Origin: Terriglobia bacterium
Lineage (GTDB): Bacteria; Acidobacteriota; Terriglobia; JAIQFV01
Length of the DNA stretch: 64,000 bases
Direction of reading: 5' to 3'
NCBI GenBank assembly: GCA_028716525.1
Contig: JAQUPQ010000007.1
Span: 64,196 to 128,195 of the forward strand
Part shown: positions 21,603 to 32,433 of the stretch, in pieces
Position numbering within the stretch: the stretch's first letter is position 1
Layout of the letters: every line of letters begins with the position of its first letter
Notes under the pieces: generated by a model
Told to the model about the DNA's origin: nothing
Seen by the model: the letters and a program-made list of their open reading frames with translations, nothing else
Databases searched by the model: none
Program-made: the position numbers and the translations under genes

Positions 21603-23300
21603 TCAGAAACCCTTCTCGAGAAATACGCGAAACTGGCCCGAGCGTGACGGATGACGCAGCTTTCTGAGTGCGATGGCTTCGATTTGCCGGATCCGTTCAC
21701 GAGTTACGGCAAAAACCTGGCCGACTTCCTCGAGGGTATGCTCACTGCCGTCATCCAAGCCAAAGCGCATGCGGATAATTTTCTCCTCACGCGGCGTAAG
21801 CATCCCCAGCAGGGACGCCATGTGCTCTTTGAAGTTATTTTTGATGGCAGCATCCAAAGGAGAGACCACCCGCTTATCCTCGACGAAGTCGCCCAAATGC
21901 GTTTCCTCGCCTTCCCCGATGGGCGTTTCGAAGGACACGGGGTATTGGGCGATCTTTTTGGTCTTGCGCACCGAGTCCACTGGAATATTCAGGCGCTTGG
22001 CAATCTCCTCTGAAGTCGGCTCGTAGCCGAGCTCCTGAGCCAATTGCCGCCGGGTCCGGAACTGCTGATTGATCGTCTCGATCATGTGGACGGGAACACG
22101 GATCGTGCGCGCTTGGTCGGCGATGGCGCGTGTAATGGCCTGACGAATCCACCACGTGGCATAGGTGGCGAACTTATAGCCGCGGCGCCACTCAAATTTG
22201 TCGGCGCCTCTCATAAGGCCGAGATTGCCTTCCTGGATCAAATCGAGAAAGTGCAACCCGCGGTGAGTGTATTTCTTGGCGATGGAGACGACGAGGCGCA
22301 GGTTGGCCTCGGTGAGTTCTTTCTTTGCCTGTTCGGATTCCATTTGGCCGCGCCGGATGCGACTGAGATCATGCCTCAAGCCGCTCTCGCCCGAATCGCG
22401 AACCGCCTTCAACTGCGAGCGAGCCGACCGCAAAGCCCGGCGCGCCTCGACGGCGCTCTCACCGCGAGCCGAGCGGGCGCGACGTTCCAGCCGCCCGATC
22501 TCGCGCTCCAAACTCAGGACATGCTCGGCCCTGTGCCGAACCAGGTCAATCAGGCGATTTCTTTCGCGCTCCTTGAACTCGATGGAGCGGACAAGTAGCG
22601 ACATGGCCACACGGTTACGCGCCAATCGGCCCCGGGCCCGCCGATGGGCTCGATGATTCGAACTTGCGATTTTTTCCAGCCGGGCCGCCTGCCTCAGACC
22701 CGCCTCGTTGAGTTGCCCGATTTTTTCGATGGTGTTGAACGTCTGGCGGATCTTGCTTTCAACCTGTTTCGGGGTCAGATCTTCCCCGTCGAACCGAATT
22801 ACTTCTCTCATCAACTTGGCGCCCTCGCGAAGCTGCGCACCGACGGCCAGGAGTTCCTTGATCAAGATCGGGGAGCGGGAGACGGTTTTGAACACAAGAC
22901 GATGCCCGCGCTCCATCCGCTTGGCGATGACCACTTCGCTCTCGCGTGTCAACAGAGGCGCCACACCCATCTGTCGAAGATAGGTACGCACCGCGTCGTC
23001 GGACTTTTCCCCCAGGGCTGACGTCTGCTCGCGGACGGGTCTTCCACCGAGGGCAGCCTCATCTTGATCGATTCCGGCCGATTCGGCGACTTCGAGAGGC
23101 GAGTAGGCGGCAACCGCAACATCTTCAAAGACACCTCCGCCATCCCGCTCGAAAGCTCCCAAGAGCGTATCGGCCTGGTCTGTTGCAAGCTCCTCAGTCG
23201 GGATGATGTCGTTCACCTCGGCATGGAGCAGATCGTCGGGTTGCTTGCCCCGATCGATCAGATGATAAATGGGGTCGTATCTTTCCTGTTCCGTTGACAA
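21603..23300 (-). CDS. rpoD: RNA polymerase sigma factor RpoD (primary sigma-70)
   Basis: 565 aa. Regions 1.1-4.2 are recognisable (…[66 protein letters not shown]…). Confidence 0.9.
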   Translation of the reverse strand: MSTEQERYDPIYHLIDRGKQPDDLLHAEVNDIIPTEELATDQADTLLGAFERDGGGVFEDVAVAAYSPLEVAESAGIDQDEAALGGRPVREQTSALGEKSDDAVRTYLRQMGVAPLLTRESEVVIAKRMERGHRLVFKTVSRSPILIKELLAVGAQLREGAKLMREVIRFDGEDLTPKQVESKIRQTFNTIEKIGQLNEAGLRQAARLEKIASSNHRAHRRARGRLARNRVAMSLLVRSIEFKERERNRLIDLVRHRAEHVLSLEREIGRLERRARSARGESAVEARRALRSARSQLKAVRDSGESGLRHDLSRIRRGQMESEQAKKELTEANLRLVVSIAKKYTHRGLHFLDLIQEGNLGLMRGADKFEWRRGYKFATYATWWIRQAITRAIADQARTIRVPVHMIETINQQFRTRRQLAQELGYEPTSEEIAKRLNIPVDSVRKTKKIAQYPVSFETPIGEGEETHLGDFVEDKRVVSPLDAAIKNNFKEHMASLLGMLTPREEKIIRMRFGLDDGSEHTLEEVGQVFAVTRERIRQIEAIALRKLRHPSRSGQFRVFLEKGF

Positions 23301-23447
23301 CGCAGGTTCACCTCTTAATCATTATCGCAATTAGCCGGCCCTTCTAAAAAACCGCGCCCCCGCAAGCACTCTTGTTCTGCGGAAAGGGACGACGCAGCTT
23401 TCCAGCCGGTGAACTCGATCCAGTCCCAATCCAGAGGAAAGGTAACG

Positions 23448-24674
23448 TTACCCTTCCATGAGCACTTGCAGAATCTCTCCTGGAAGTTGGGCCATTCGCG
23501 GCCGGGCTGATGAGGGGCGACGTGTCATGTCACCACGTGCCGATTCACTCTTTTCCGGGAAACCGGCGTCCACCCCCATCCTTTCCATGCGAATACCCAG
23601 CGTACGCTCCAGTTCAAATAAATCCGACCGCTGCTCTCTCACGAAGAGAGTGGACGCCAGGCCTTGTTTGCCGGCGCGTCCGGTACGACCCACGCGGTGA
23701 ATGAAGTTTTCCGCCCACTCCGGCAGATCATAGTTGATGACGTGAGCGATGTCCTGAACGTGAATTCCGCGGGAAGCCAGGTCCGTTGCCACCAGCACGC
23801 GGAAACGTCCTTGTTGAAATCCCTCCAGGGCGGCCGTGCGCTGCGATTGCGAACGGTCACCATGGATCATGGCCGCTTGGATGCCCTGGCGATTCAAATT
23901 TTTGGCAATTCGCTCAGTGCCGCGCTTGGTGCGCGAAAACACCAGACACCGACCGCTCTCTTTGTTGAGCAGGTGGTGCAGCATTCCCTGTTTACCATCC
24001 ACTTCTACTTCAAATGCCTGCAGTCGCACATTCTCCGACGGCTTCAGTGTGGATCCGAAGGCGAGGCGCACCGGGTTCCGGGTGTAGTCCTTCACCAGGC
24101 GCTCCATGTCTCCTTCCATGGTTGCAGAAAAACACATCGTCTGACGGTCTTTGGGAAGCTTTGCGGCTATCCGGCGAACCGCGGGAAGAAAACCCATGTC
24201 CAGCATGCGGTCTGCTTCATCGAGCACGAGGATTTCCACTTCGCGTAATTGAATCAGTTTGCGATCGAGAAGGTCTTCCAGGCGTCCCGGCGTAGCCACG
24301 ACCAGCCCGGCTCCTTTGCGGATGGTCTTCAGTTGTTCGGTTTCGGAAAGCCCGCCGACGACCAGGGCTGCGGGACCGAGTTGTTTGCCCCGCAAAACGT
24401 TGTACATATCGACCACCTGCATGGCCAGTTCGCGCGTGGGTACGAGCACGAGCGCTGCGACTCCTGGTGTTTTTCGCCGGAGAAGCATTTCCGCTACCGG
24501 GACCAAAAACGCCAGGGTCTTGCCGGTTCCGGTCGGGGCGGTGGCCAGAACATCTTGGCCTTCCAAGGCCGGCGGAATAGCCGCTGCCTGGACCGGGGTG
24601 GGGATAGAGAAATGAGCAGCCAACAGCCGCTCTTTTACAAAGGGTGAAATTGGAAGTTCTGAAAAATTTTGCAT
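23448..24674 (-). CDS. DEAD-box ATP-dependent RNA helicase
   Basis: Q-motif FSELPISPFV…, Walker A APTGTGKT, VLDEAD box, HRVGRTGRAG. C-terminal Arg-rich tail. Start at 24674. Confidence 0.85.
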   Translation of the reverse strand: MQNFSELPISPFVKERLLAAHFSIPTPVQAAAIPPALEGQDVLATAPTGTGKTLAFLVPVAEMLLRRKTPGVAALVLVPTRELAMQVVDMYNVLRGKQLGPAALVVGGLSETEQLKTIRKGAGLVVATPGRLEDLLDRKLIQLREVEILVLDEADRMLDMGFLPAVRRIAAKLPKDRQTMCFSATMEGDMERLVKDYTRNPVRLAFGSTLKPSENVRLQAFEVEVDGKQGMLHHLLNKESGRCLVFSRTKRGTERIAKNLNRQGIQAAMIHGDRSQSQRTAALEGFQQGRFRVLVATDLASRGIHVQDIAHVINYDLPEWAENFIHRVGRTGRAGKQGLASTLFVREQRSDLFELERTLGIRMERMGVDAGFPEKSESARGDMTRRPSSARPRMAQLPGEILQVLMEG

Positions 24675-25148
24675 TCTACTTTCTTGCTGGCGCAATCGCG
24701 GCGCACACGGTCTTCCCGGCGAGCAGAACGGCTTGCATTGCCAGTCTTCTGTTAGATTACGCTGAAAACATCGGAGGAGACTGAAGGCGGGTGTTCTCAG
24801 ATTGCTTATTGAACCGGAGGAACCGCACAACACAACCGCGGCATTAAGCGCAACAGCAGTATACCACACATCGATGAAGAGCGCCCTTCAAAAGGGGTGT
24901 CGCCGCTGGAAAGAACCGGGCAGGAAAACAAAACGAAGAAGGCGCGTCACGATTAACAGTGAGAAACTTGGGGGATGTGTCATCCATCTGGCGGAGAGGG
25001 AGGTGCGCGGGTCGGTGTTTCTGGATTTGGAGACAGGGCCATCTCAAACACGGGTCTCTTTTCAAAAGAGGCGCCGCGCCCATGTTGGTGAGCCCCAGGA
25101 CGCTGTGTTATAGTCCGGTCCAAGCTCTTCCACATTCCCGGAGGTCCG

Positions 25149-27323
25149 ATGATCCCGGCCAAACAGGCGACGAAAGTGGTCGTCGTTACGTCGGTGATGC
25201 TCTCGTTCATTTCCTTCTGGCGCGCTGCCGCCATTGTCCTCAACGATCTCGGCTCGTCGGCTTACTACGTCGGCGGCATTGCCGAGCAAGCGGTCGGACG
25301 TGCCGCCCCCTGGTTTATCTTGGGCGTCATGCTCTTCTCTTATGCCGTGCGAGCCGTCTATATCGAATCGTGCGGCATGTTTACGCGCGGCGGAGTCTAC
25401 CGTGTCGTCAAAGAAGCGATGGGTGGCACCCTGGCCAAACTTTCGGTCTCGGCCCTGATGTTCGACTACATTCTGACGGGGCCGATCTCGGGTGTTTCCG
25501 CGGGGCAGTATATCGTTGGCCTCGTGGCACAAACGGCCACGCATTTGGGATATGCCTGGACCCCTTCGAAAGCGAAGATCAACCTGTTGGCCGCCGGCCT
25601 CGCCGTCCTGGTGACTCTTTACTTCTGGTGGCGCAACACGAAGGGCATCCACGAATCATCGGACGATGCGCTGAAGATCATGTATGTAACGACGGTCATG
25701 GTGGTGGTGCTGATTGGGTGGTGCGGATTGACGATCTGGACGCACCCCGCCATGAAGCGTCTGCCGCCGGCGCCGCTTCCGAACCACCTGGCGTTCAATC
25801 ACGATGCCGTCGGATGGTTACCCCAAATCATGCCCGGGGCCCTGCGGCAACTGCCCCTGGTCGCGTCTCCCGCCACGACGCCCGCACCCGAGAAAGCAGC
25901 GCCCGAACCGCTCTATGGTCTCGTGCCCAATGCAGGTGTTCTTCTCGGGCTGATCGGCATCCTGATGGCGTTCGGACACTCGTTTCTGGCGATGTCCGGG
26001 GAAGAATCCCTGGCGCAGGTCAATCGCGAGTTGGAGTACCCCAAGCACCGGAACCTGGTGCGCGCCGGATTTGTCATCTTCGTTTACTCACTGCTGTTCA
26101 CCTCGCTGGTTTCGTTTTTTGCCTATGCCATCATCCCCGACCTGGTCCGGCCACAGTATTTTGACAACCTGATCAGCGGCATTGCGTTATACCTGGTCGG
26201 CCCGATGTCGCTCAAACTCCTTTTCCAGGCATTCATCGTCATCGTTGGCTTTCTGATGCTATCGGGGGCTGTGAATACGGCCATCATCGGGTCCAACGGC
26301 GTCCTCAACAGAGTTTCGGAAGACGGCGTGATGACCGATTGGTTCCGCGAACCCCACAAGAAATACGGCACCAGCCACCGCATGATCAACCTGATCGTGA
26401 TCCTGCAGCTTGCGACGATCATTGGCTCCCGAGGTAACGTCTACATTCTGGGCGAGGCTTACGCGTTCGGCGTCATTTGGTCATTTGCCTTCAAGGGATT
26501 GGCCATGGTTGTCCTTCGCTTCAGAGATAAGTCGCCGCGCGAGTGGAAGGTTCCCTTCAATATCAATCTGAGCCGCAATGAGATTCCGATCGGGCTGGGG
26601 GTGATCGCAACGCTGCTGTTCTCGGTCGCCGGAATAAACTTGATCACCAAAGAGGTGGCGACGATCAGTGGCGTGGCCTTCACGCTGGTCTTTTTCCTTA
26701 TTTTTGAGATCTCGGAGCGCATCAACGAACGGAAAGAGGGGAAGGCCGCCCACGTCGAAATGGATCAATTCCAGACACACCCGCAAGAGAGCGTGTCCAA
26801 CGAGAGCCTCGGCGTTCGCCCCGGAAACACGCTCTGTTTCGTTCGTGACTACCACACACTCGATCACGTTCGCAAGGCTCTGGAGTTGACGCACACGGGC
26901 AAAAAAGACTTGGTGGTGATGACCGTGAAGGTTCTAAAAGGACCCGACACCGGTTACAAGGGCATTCATGAACACCATCTTTTCACAAACTTCAAGCAGT
27001 TGCTGTTCACGCATGTGGTCGCGCTTGCGGAAAAGGAAGGTAAGCCCGTGTATCTGCTCGTCGTACCCTCCTCCAACATTCTCGAGGCCATCGTCCTCAC
27101 GGCCGCGCAACTTCATTCGACGGAAGTCATCGTCGGACCCTCGGCGGTGCTGCCGCCCGCGGGACAGGCGGAGCATTTCCGAAAAGCCTGGGAGAAGCTG
27201 CGAGATCAAACCAAATCTCCGGTTCTCTTTCGTATCATCGACCCGGATGGAACCTTGCACGATTTTCCTGTGGGAACGCCTTCGGCGAGATCTGCAGGGA
27301 AGACAGCGCCCAGACATAAATGA
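25149..27323 (+). CDS. APC-family amino acid permease fused to a C-terminal universal-stress-protein-like domain
   Basis: About 12 TM helices with APC-like N-terminus. C-terminal ~200 aa (…VYLLVVPSSNILEAIVLTAAQLHSTEVIVG…) is Usp-like. Confidence 0.7.
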   Translation: MIPAKQATKVVVVTSVMLSFISFWRAAAIVLNDLGSSAYYVGGIAEQAVGRAAPWFILGVMLFSYAVRAVYIESCGMFTRGGVYRVVKEAMGGTLAKLSVSALMFDYILTGPISGVSAGQYIVGLVAQTATHLGYAWTPSKAKINLLAAGLAVLVTLYFWWRNTKGIHESSDDALKIMYVTTVMVVVLIGWCGLTIWTHPAMKRLPPAPLPNHLAFNHDAVGWLPQIMPGALRQLPLVASPATTPAPEKAAPEPLYGLVPNAGVLLGLIGILMAFGHSFLAMSGEESLAQVNRELEYPKHRNLVRAGFVIFVYSLLFTSLVSFFAYAIIPDLVRPQYFDNLISGIALYLVGPMSLKLLFQAFIVIVGFLMLSGAVNTAIIGSNGVLNRVSEDGVMTDWFREPHKKYGTSHRMINLIVILQLATIIGSRGNVYILGEAYAFGVIWSFAFKGLAMVVLRFRDKSPREWKVPFNINLSRNEIPIGLGVIATLLFSVAGINLITKEVATISGVAFTLVFFLIFEISERINERKEGKAAHVEMDQFQTHPQESVSNESLGVRPGNTLCFVRDYHTLDHVRKALELTHTGKKDLVVMTVKVLKGPDTGYKGIHEHHLFTNFKQLLFTHVVALAEKEGKPVYLLVVPSSNILEAIVLTAAQLHSTEVIVGPSAVLPPAGQAEHFRKAWEKLRDQTKSPVLFRIIDPDGTLHDFPVGTPSARSAGKTAPRHK

Positions 27324-27851
27324 ACAGATGACGCGCACAGCTCACGCCCTCTTTCAGCCCGAACCTGGGCCAGCGCATCGCGCTACCGGTGGTTCCTTTA
27401 TATACAGGACTCCAATCCCAAAAAGTGTCCAGCGCATCTTGATCCATCCTCACAAGAAATGTGAACTTGGTTTGTGTGTGTTTCATCGACCCCCTTGCGA
27501 GCTCCATTAGAAACGCCTGCGCATTAAAAAAATGAGCGGTCACAGCAGATGTGATGGTGGTGAAGGATCACCCGGCTTCGATCCTCCAACTCTTTTTCCG
27601 CGATAAACAATCCAACTCCATTCGGGCTGCACCCTTTTTCGGAACAGACATCGCGTTGCTTGCAATGTCTGTGTATGAGGGGTGAGCAGCCAATGGCTCC
27701 ACGAGGCGAAGGTCTTTCACTGAATGCGCATCCGATGGATCCCAGTGGGCCACCCGACCTGAATCCCTGTGCGGGCTGAGGGTGGTCAATTCTGAACAGA
27801 CATTAGAAGCGTTCTAAGGCAATCTTGGTGTTGATCGGTAGGAGTAAGCCA

Positions 27852-28262
27852 ATGTCGCGTTTGCAACCGCGTCTCTTAGTGGTCGATGACGAGCCCGCCA
27901 TGAGGGAAGTCGTATCCGATGTTTTGGCGTCGGAGGGTTACGAGGTTTTTACGGCGCAGGATGGCTTGGATGCATTAGATCGGTTGGTGCAACCCCTGCC
28001 TGACGTGATCATATCGGATTTGATAATGCCCCGGATGTCGGGGTTTGAGTTTTTGGCCGTCGTCCGCGAACGCTTTCCAAGTGTTCCCGTGATTGCCATA
28101 AGCGGGGAGTTCATGGGGAACCAGTTGCCGCCCGGGGTACTTGCAGACGCCTTTCTACCGAAAGGGGGTTTTACAACCGATCAGTTGTGCGGAAAGATTA
28201 ATGAACTGATGTCGGCGCCTCCCGTGAGACCGTCATCAGGTTCAATCGGCGTTGCGCACTGA
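27852..28262 (+). CDS. stand-alone response-regulator receiver domain protein (CheY-like)
   Basis: LLVVDDEPAMREV…DVIISDLIMPRMSGFEFL…VPVIAISG carries the conserved D/D/K receiver residues. No output domain. Confidence 0.75.
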   Translation: MSRLQPRLLVVDDEPAMREVVSDVLASEGYEVFTAQDGLDALDRLVQPLPDVIISDLIMPRMSGFEFLAVVRERFPSVPVIAISGEFMGNQLPPGVLADAFLPKGGFTTDQLCGKINELMSAPPVRPSSGSIGVAH

Positions 28263-28325
28263 TCGATCGAACGTGCCGATAGACAGGATCAGTCGGATCA
28301 GCAGTTCAGGCACATCACGACTAAC

Positions 28326-29114
28326 ATGGAAATGAAAAATTCGATGCAGTTCCGTCTTGCTTCTTTAACATGGATGCTCCTAATCTTTGTGGGGCTACGA
28401 CAGTCTGCATTTGCGCAACAAGCGGATTCCAAACCCCTTGCCGCTCCGGCTCCACTGAACGTCGAGCAGGTGGTACAAAACTTGGTTCGGATGGACCTCG
28501 AACGCGCTCAAGCGCTGCGTGCTTATCAGGGAACCCGAATCTATCGGCTTGAATATCGCGGTCTTCCAGGCGCCCGGAGCGCGGAGATGGTTGTGGATGT
28601 CAAGTACCATTCACCCGAAACCAAAGAATTCATCATCCTGTCTGCAACCGGATCCAAGCTGATTATCGAGAAAGTATTTAAGAAGCTCTTGCAGAGCGAA
28701 AAAGAAGCGCTGGAGACGGAAAACCAAAAGCGCACGGCCCTCAACAGCGATAACTATACCTTCACGCTGAACGGATACGAAAGCACGCCGGCCGGTTCAA
28801 CCTACCTGCTTTCGGTGGAGCCCAGAACAAAAAACAAGTTCCTCTACCACGGACGGATTTGGGTGGATGCGGAAGACTTTGCTGTGATGAGGATGGAAGT
28901 AGAGCCGGCGAAGAATCCCTCCTTCTGGACAAAAAATACCGAAGTTGAACAGGCCTACATTAAAGTGAGTGGTTTCTGGCTCCCCGCACAACATCATAGC
29001 CTAACCTCAATTCGCCTCGGGGGCCGAGCTGAGCTCACCATTGAATACAAGGATTATCAGATCACGGGCGCGAATTCGCCGAGTAATGTCAGCATTGCAA
29101 CCAACTCTCGCTAG
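28326..29114 (+). CDS. secreted LolA/outer-membrane-lipoprotein-sorting-like protein
   Basis: Signal peptide. About 230-aa mature domain with LolA-like beta-rich pattern. Assignment is tentative. Confidence 0.4.
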   Translation: MEMKNSMQFRLASLTWMLLIFVGLRQSAFAQQADSKPLAAPAPLNVEQVVQNLVRMDLERAQALRAYQGTRIYRLEYRGLPGARSAEMVVDVKYHSPETKEFIILSATGSKLIIEKVFKKLLQSEKEALETENQKRTALNSDNYTFTLNGYESTPAGSTYLLSVEPRTKNKFLYHGRIWVDAEDFAVMRMEVEPAKNPSFWTKNTEVEQAYIKVSGFWLPAQHHSLTSIRLGGRAELTIEYKDYQITGANSPSNVSIATNSR

Positions 29115-29422
29115 CAGCTTCATGATCGATATATTTCGACGCAAACAACCCACAGAGAGATGACACACATCATTTTCTCCGGCATTCCCGCGTTGATGCT
29201 GCACGGAAGTACTCTCCATAAACTGGGATAAGCAATTCTGACCCGATACGTGAGCCCCACTGGGCTGACCCGTCACCCGAGGGGTCGATAATGATGGCAG
29301 TCGCCATCGTGAACTGGCCGCTTTAATCACCACGCACTTGGCGAACCATCAGACCTCTTCCAAGGTCGAACCCGAGCTGAACTTCATCTGTCCCACCCTG
29401 TATCTTCTCCGCGCCAACTCCA

Positions 29423-29497
29423 GTGAGCACTTTTGATCAAGCTGGTGAGCAGTACTGGGCTGACACGCAAATTCCCCTGGGGTATAAGAACTGTACC
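29423..29497 (+). promoter_or_regulatory. copy 1 of the conserved ~75-bp promoter module (boxes TGAGCAcTTTTGATCAA / GTGAGCAGTACTGGGC, -35 TGACACGC, -10 GGGTATAAGA)
   Basis: GTGAGCACTTTTGATCAAGCTGGTGAGCAGTACTGGGCTGACACGCAAATTCCCCTGGGGTATAAGAACTGTACC. Lies ~140 nt upstream of the Gln-rich repeat protein gene. Confidence 0.7.
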
Positions 29498-29639
29498 CCG
29501 AGATGCAGCCAGGACCCGGTGGGAGTCGGATGGCAAAAGACAAAGTGCTTATCTTTTCCATTCTCTCTACTGGGATCGTCGTGGCCTCTCTTTTGGGGTT
29601 ACATCCCATGGAACGACCGCATATCTAAGGAGGTGTGCA

Positions 29640-31217
29640 GTGAATCTCAATATCTTGAACCGAATGGTGGTGGCTGTCGTAATCAGCACGGTGTCGTTGG
29701 TGGGATGGACCATACCGACCAACGCCCAGCAACCACCGCAGGAAGAGCAACAACCGCAGAAAGACCAGAAACAGCAGAAAGACAAAAATAAGGAGCAACC
29801 GCCGGCGCAGCAACAACCGCGCGGCCAACAGCAGCCCCAGCAAGATCAAAGCAAACAACCACACCAACAACCTGCTGAACGGCAACAGCAACCGGACCAG
29901 AACAAACAGCAGCAAGAGCAAGATAAACAGCAGCAAAAGGCCCGGCAGCAGGATCAGCAGAATAAACAGCAGGAACAACGGATTCAGCAGCAACAACAGC
30001 GGGTCCAACAGCAGCAACAGCAGGATCAGCAGAACAAACAGCAACAGCAGCAACAACAACAGCAACAGCGCGTTCAGCAGCAGGATCAGCAGAACAAACA
30101 GCAGGAACAACGGATTCAGCAGCAGCAACAGCGGGTGCAACAGCAGCAACAACAACAGCGCGTTCAGCAGCAGGATCAGCAGAACAAACAGCAGGAACAA
30201 CGGATTCAGCAGCAGCAACAGCGGGTGCAACAGCAGCAACAACAACAGCAACAGCAAAAGGACCAGCAGAATAGAGAGCAGCAACAACGCGTTCAGCAGC
30301 AACAGGATCAGCAGAATAGACAGCAACAGCAGCGCGTCCAGCAGCAACAACAACAGCAGCAGCAAAAGGACCAGCAGAATAGAGAGCAGCAACAGCGCGT
30401 CCAGCAGCAACAGGATCAGCAGAATAAACAGCAACAGCAGCGCGTCCAACAGCAACAACAACAGCAGCAGCAAAAGGACCAGCAGAATAGAGAGCAGCAA
30501 CAACGCGTTCAGCAGCAACAGCAGCAGCAGGCTAAGCAACAACAATGGCAGCGGGACCAAAATTGGCAACAGCGCGTACAGCAACAACAACAGCAAGACC
30601 AGAATCAGCAGCAAGCACGCCTCTCGCAACAGCGTCAACAGCAGCTTATTACGGAGCAACAGCAGCGTCTCACTCAGTACCGGCAAAATTTAGATCAGCA
30701 GCAGAGTGTCTGGCAGCGGCAAACATCAAATCTTCAGCGACAAGGGCGCACGGCTCAATACCGTTTTCAGCAGCAATATTGGGACAACGTACGCCAGCAG
30801 CGATTTCGTCTCAATGATCGCCACGATTACGACAATGATCCATACTTCTATACGGCTTGGAACTATCGTTACAAGCGGGGCAACCGCTACTACGAGACGA
30901 ATCAATACGGGGCCAATTTGCTTCGGGAGGCCGTGAGCTACGGTTATGAGCAAGGCTTCCTGGCCGGACAGGCAGACCGGCAGGATCGCTGGCGTTATAA
31001 CTACCAGGCCTCCTATGCCTATCAAGACGCGAACTACGGCTATGACGGTTTTTATGTAGCCCAGGATGAATACAACTATTACTTTCGGCAGGGTTTCCGT
31101 CGCGGCTATGAAGATGGCTACTACAGCCGCTATCGATACGGCAGCTATTCGAGCGGGAAGTACACAATCCTTGGCGCCATTGTGGGGTCAATCCTCGATA
31201 TGCAAGCGCTTCGCTAA
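29640..31217 (+). CDS. secreted Gln-rich tandem-repeat protein with Tyr/Arg/Asp-rich C-terminal domain
   Basis: GTG start after TAAGGAGG. Signal peptide MVVAVVISTVSLVGWTIPTNAQQ. About 380 aa of QQDQQNKQQEQRIQQQQQRVQQQQQQ-type repeats. C-terminal …YGYEQGFLAGQADRQDRWRYNYQASYAYQDANYGYDGFY… ends in hydrophobic TILGAIVGSIL. Confidence 0.7.
   Translation: MNLNILNRMVVAVVISTVSLVGWTIPTNAQQPPQEEQQPQKDQKQQKDKNKEQPPAQQQPRGQQQPQQDQSKQPHQQPAERQQQPDQNKQQQEQDKQQQKARQQDQQNKQQEQRIQQQQQRVQQQQQQDQQNKQQQQQQQQQQRVQQQDQQNKQQEQRIQQQQQRVQQQQQQQRVQQQDQQNKQQEQRIQQQQQRVQQQQQQQQQQKDQQNREQQQRVQQQQDQQNRQQQQRVQQQQQQQQQKDQQNREQQQRVQQQQDQQNKQQQQRVQQQQQQQQQKDQQNREQQQRVQQQQQQQAKQQQWQRDQNWQQRVQQQQQQDQNQQQARLSQQRQQQLITEQQQRLTQYRQNLDQQQSVWQRQTSNLQRQGRTAQYRFQQQYWDNVRQQRFRLNDRHDYDNDPYFYTAWNYRYKRGNRYYETNQYGANLLREAVSYGYEQGFLAGQADRQDRWRYNYQASYAYQDANYGYDGFYVAQDEYNYYFRQGFRRGYEDGYYSRYRYGSYSSGKYTILGAIVGSILDMQALR
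29945..30540 (+). repeat. near-perfect tandem DNA repeats (about three 90-nt units followed by about three 108-nt units) inside the Gln-rich gene
   Basis: Identical blocks occur at 30071 and 30161 (cgttcagcagcaggatcagcagaacaaacagcaggaacaacggattcagcagcagcaacagcgggtgcaacag…). Further blocks sit at 30254, 30362 and 30470 (agcaaaaggaccagcagaatagagagcagcaaca…). Confidence 0.8.
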
Positions 31218-31434
31218 GGACTGCAACGGCGGTATCTGAAACAAGCGCCCGGCTCCATCGACCGAGAAGAGCCAGTGGAGTCGGGCGTACCCCCTTGCGA
31301 GAGGGGGGCAGCCGGAAACATCCATGAAAAACAGACGGACTTCCATTCTGAATTCCAGGGGAGCGTGTGACCCGACCGATTTCTTGGTCCAGCGGGAGAG
31401 CCACCAACACTGAGCAGCACCCTCACAGATTGGG

Positions 31435-31507
31435 CTGAGCAACTTTGACCAACTTAGTGAGCCGTACGGAACCGACACGCGCTTCGCCTTCGGATATACA
31501 CATGATG
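31435..31507 (+). promoter_or_regulatory. copy 4 of the conserved promoter module (variant -10 GGATATACA)
   Basis: CTGAGCAACTTTGACCAACTTAGTGAGCCGTACGGAACCGACACGCGCTTCGCCTTCGGATATACACATGATG. An extra TGAGCAG lies ~25 nt further upstream. It precedes the RcnB-like gene. Confidence 0.65.
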
Positions 31508-31588
31508 TAACGTTGATTCGCTGAGATGTACGCCTACATGAACTCAGGATTTCAAAACGGAAAACTCAATATGACTTGGAGAAAACTT

Positions 31589-32020
31589 ATGAAGACACGA
31601 TGGTGGATGACTGCTTGTGCGACGGCGCTGCTGGCATTGATGTGCAGCGCAGCTGTAGCACAAGACCGGAATGACCATGACAATGACCGGAATCGCGGCC
31701 AGAGTAAGAAGGCGTATCGCCAGTTCAACGAGAATCAACGCCAATACGCGCGCACGTATTACGAGCAGCACCATGACCAGGGCCTCTTTCGACAGGACAA
31801 CCGATGGAACGACGACTACGAAAGCCGGATTCATCCGGGCTACGTGCTCGATAGAGATATGCGCAGGCTGAGTCGGCCGGCACCCTATGATTTGACGCGA
31901 GGTTTGGGCCGTCCTCCTCGCGGCTACCGTTACGTCGTCATCGGCGGACATGTGGTTCTGGTTGACAATGCGTATCGCGTTCATGACGCAATTCACTTTG
32001 AGATTAACGTTGGACATTGA
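31589..32020 (+). CDS. secreted RcnB-like protein
   Basis: Signal MKTRWWMTACATALLALMCSAAVAQD. C-terminal …LSRPAPYDLTRGLGRPPRGYRYVVIGGHVVLVDNAYRVHDAI resembles the RcnB/YohN family signature. Confidence 0.5.
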   Translation: MKTRWWMTACATALLALMCSAAVAQDRNDHDNDRNRGQSKKAYRQFNENQRQYARTYYEQHHDQGLFRQDNRWNDDYESRIHPGYVLDRDMRRLSRPAPYDLTRGLGRPPRGYRYVVIGGHVVLVDNAYRVHDAIHFEINVGH

Positions 32021-32163
32021 CGTAGAAGAGATCCGCTTCCTCACGATGGCTGGCGGCGCGGAATTTACCCAGTACAGAAAGCTGAGATTCTGCGAGCCAA
32101 GTCGTTGTCGTCGCCTCTACGTCACTTGGTAAATATTTCGACAGGGCATTACAAGGAGCAACC

Positions 32164-32346
32164 GTGATGAAGCCAAGCACCAAAAATAAGGCTGAAGGCA
32201 AGTTTCACGAAATGAAGGGCAAGGTCAAGGTGAAAGCAGGACAACTGACGCATAACCCCGATTTGGAAGCCGAGGGCTCAGTTGAAAAGGTGGCCGGGAA
32301 GATTCAAGGAATCATCGGCCGGGTGGAGAAAGCAATCCAACAATAA
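32164..32346 (+). CDS. CsbD-family general stress protein
   Basis: MMKPSTKNKAEGKFHEMKGKVKVKAGQLTHNPDLEAEGSVEKVAGKIQGIIGRVEKAIQQ matches the CsbD KxxGKxKExxGxxT…LEAEG pattern. Confidence 0.75.
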   Translation: MMKPSTKNKAEGKFHEMKGKVKVKAGQLTHNPDLEAEGSVEKVAGKIQGIIGRVEKAIQQ

Positions 32347-32433
32347 CAACACCGGCTCGTAGTCCTAAATAGTTCGTCAAGGGAACTGCGGACACGCCGG
32401 TCAGTGAGTGTAAGTACAAAAAAGGAGCTTAAA

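Noticed and set aside
29945-30540. Possible CRISPR-like array because of regular direct repeats
   Set aside because: The repeats are 90/108 nt, contiguous without unique spacers, and lie in frame inside a coding sequence. No cas genes are nearby. It is a coding tandem repeat, not CRISPR.
29625-30686. 353-aa Leu-rich ORF on the minus strand
   Set aside because: It is simply the reverse-complement reading (CTG/TTG) of the CAG/CAA-rich repeat block of the Gln-rich gene. It has no independent start or RBS context.
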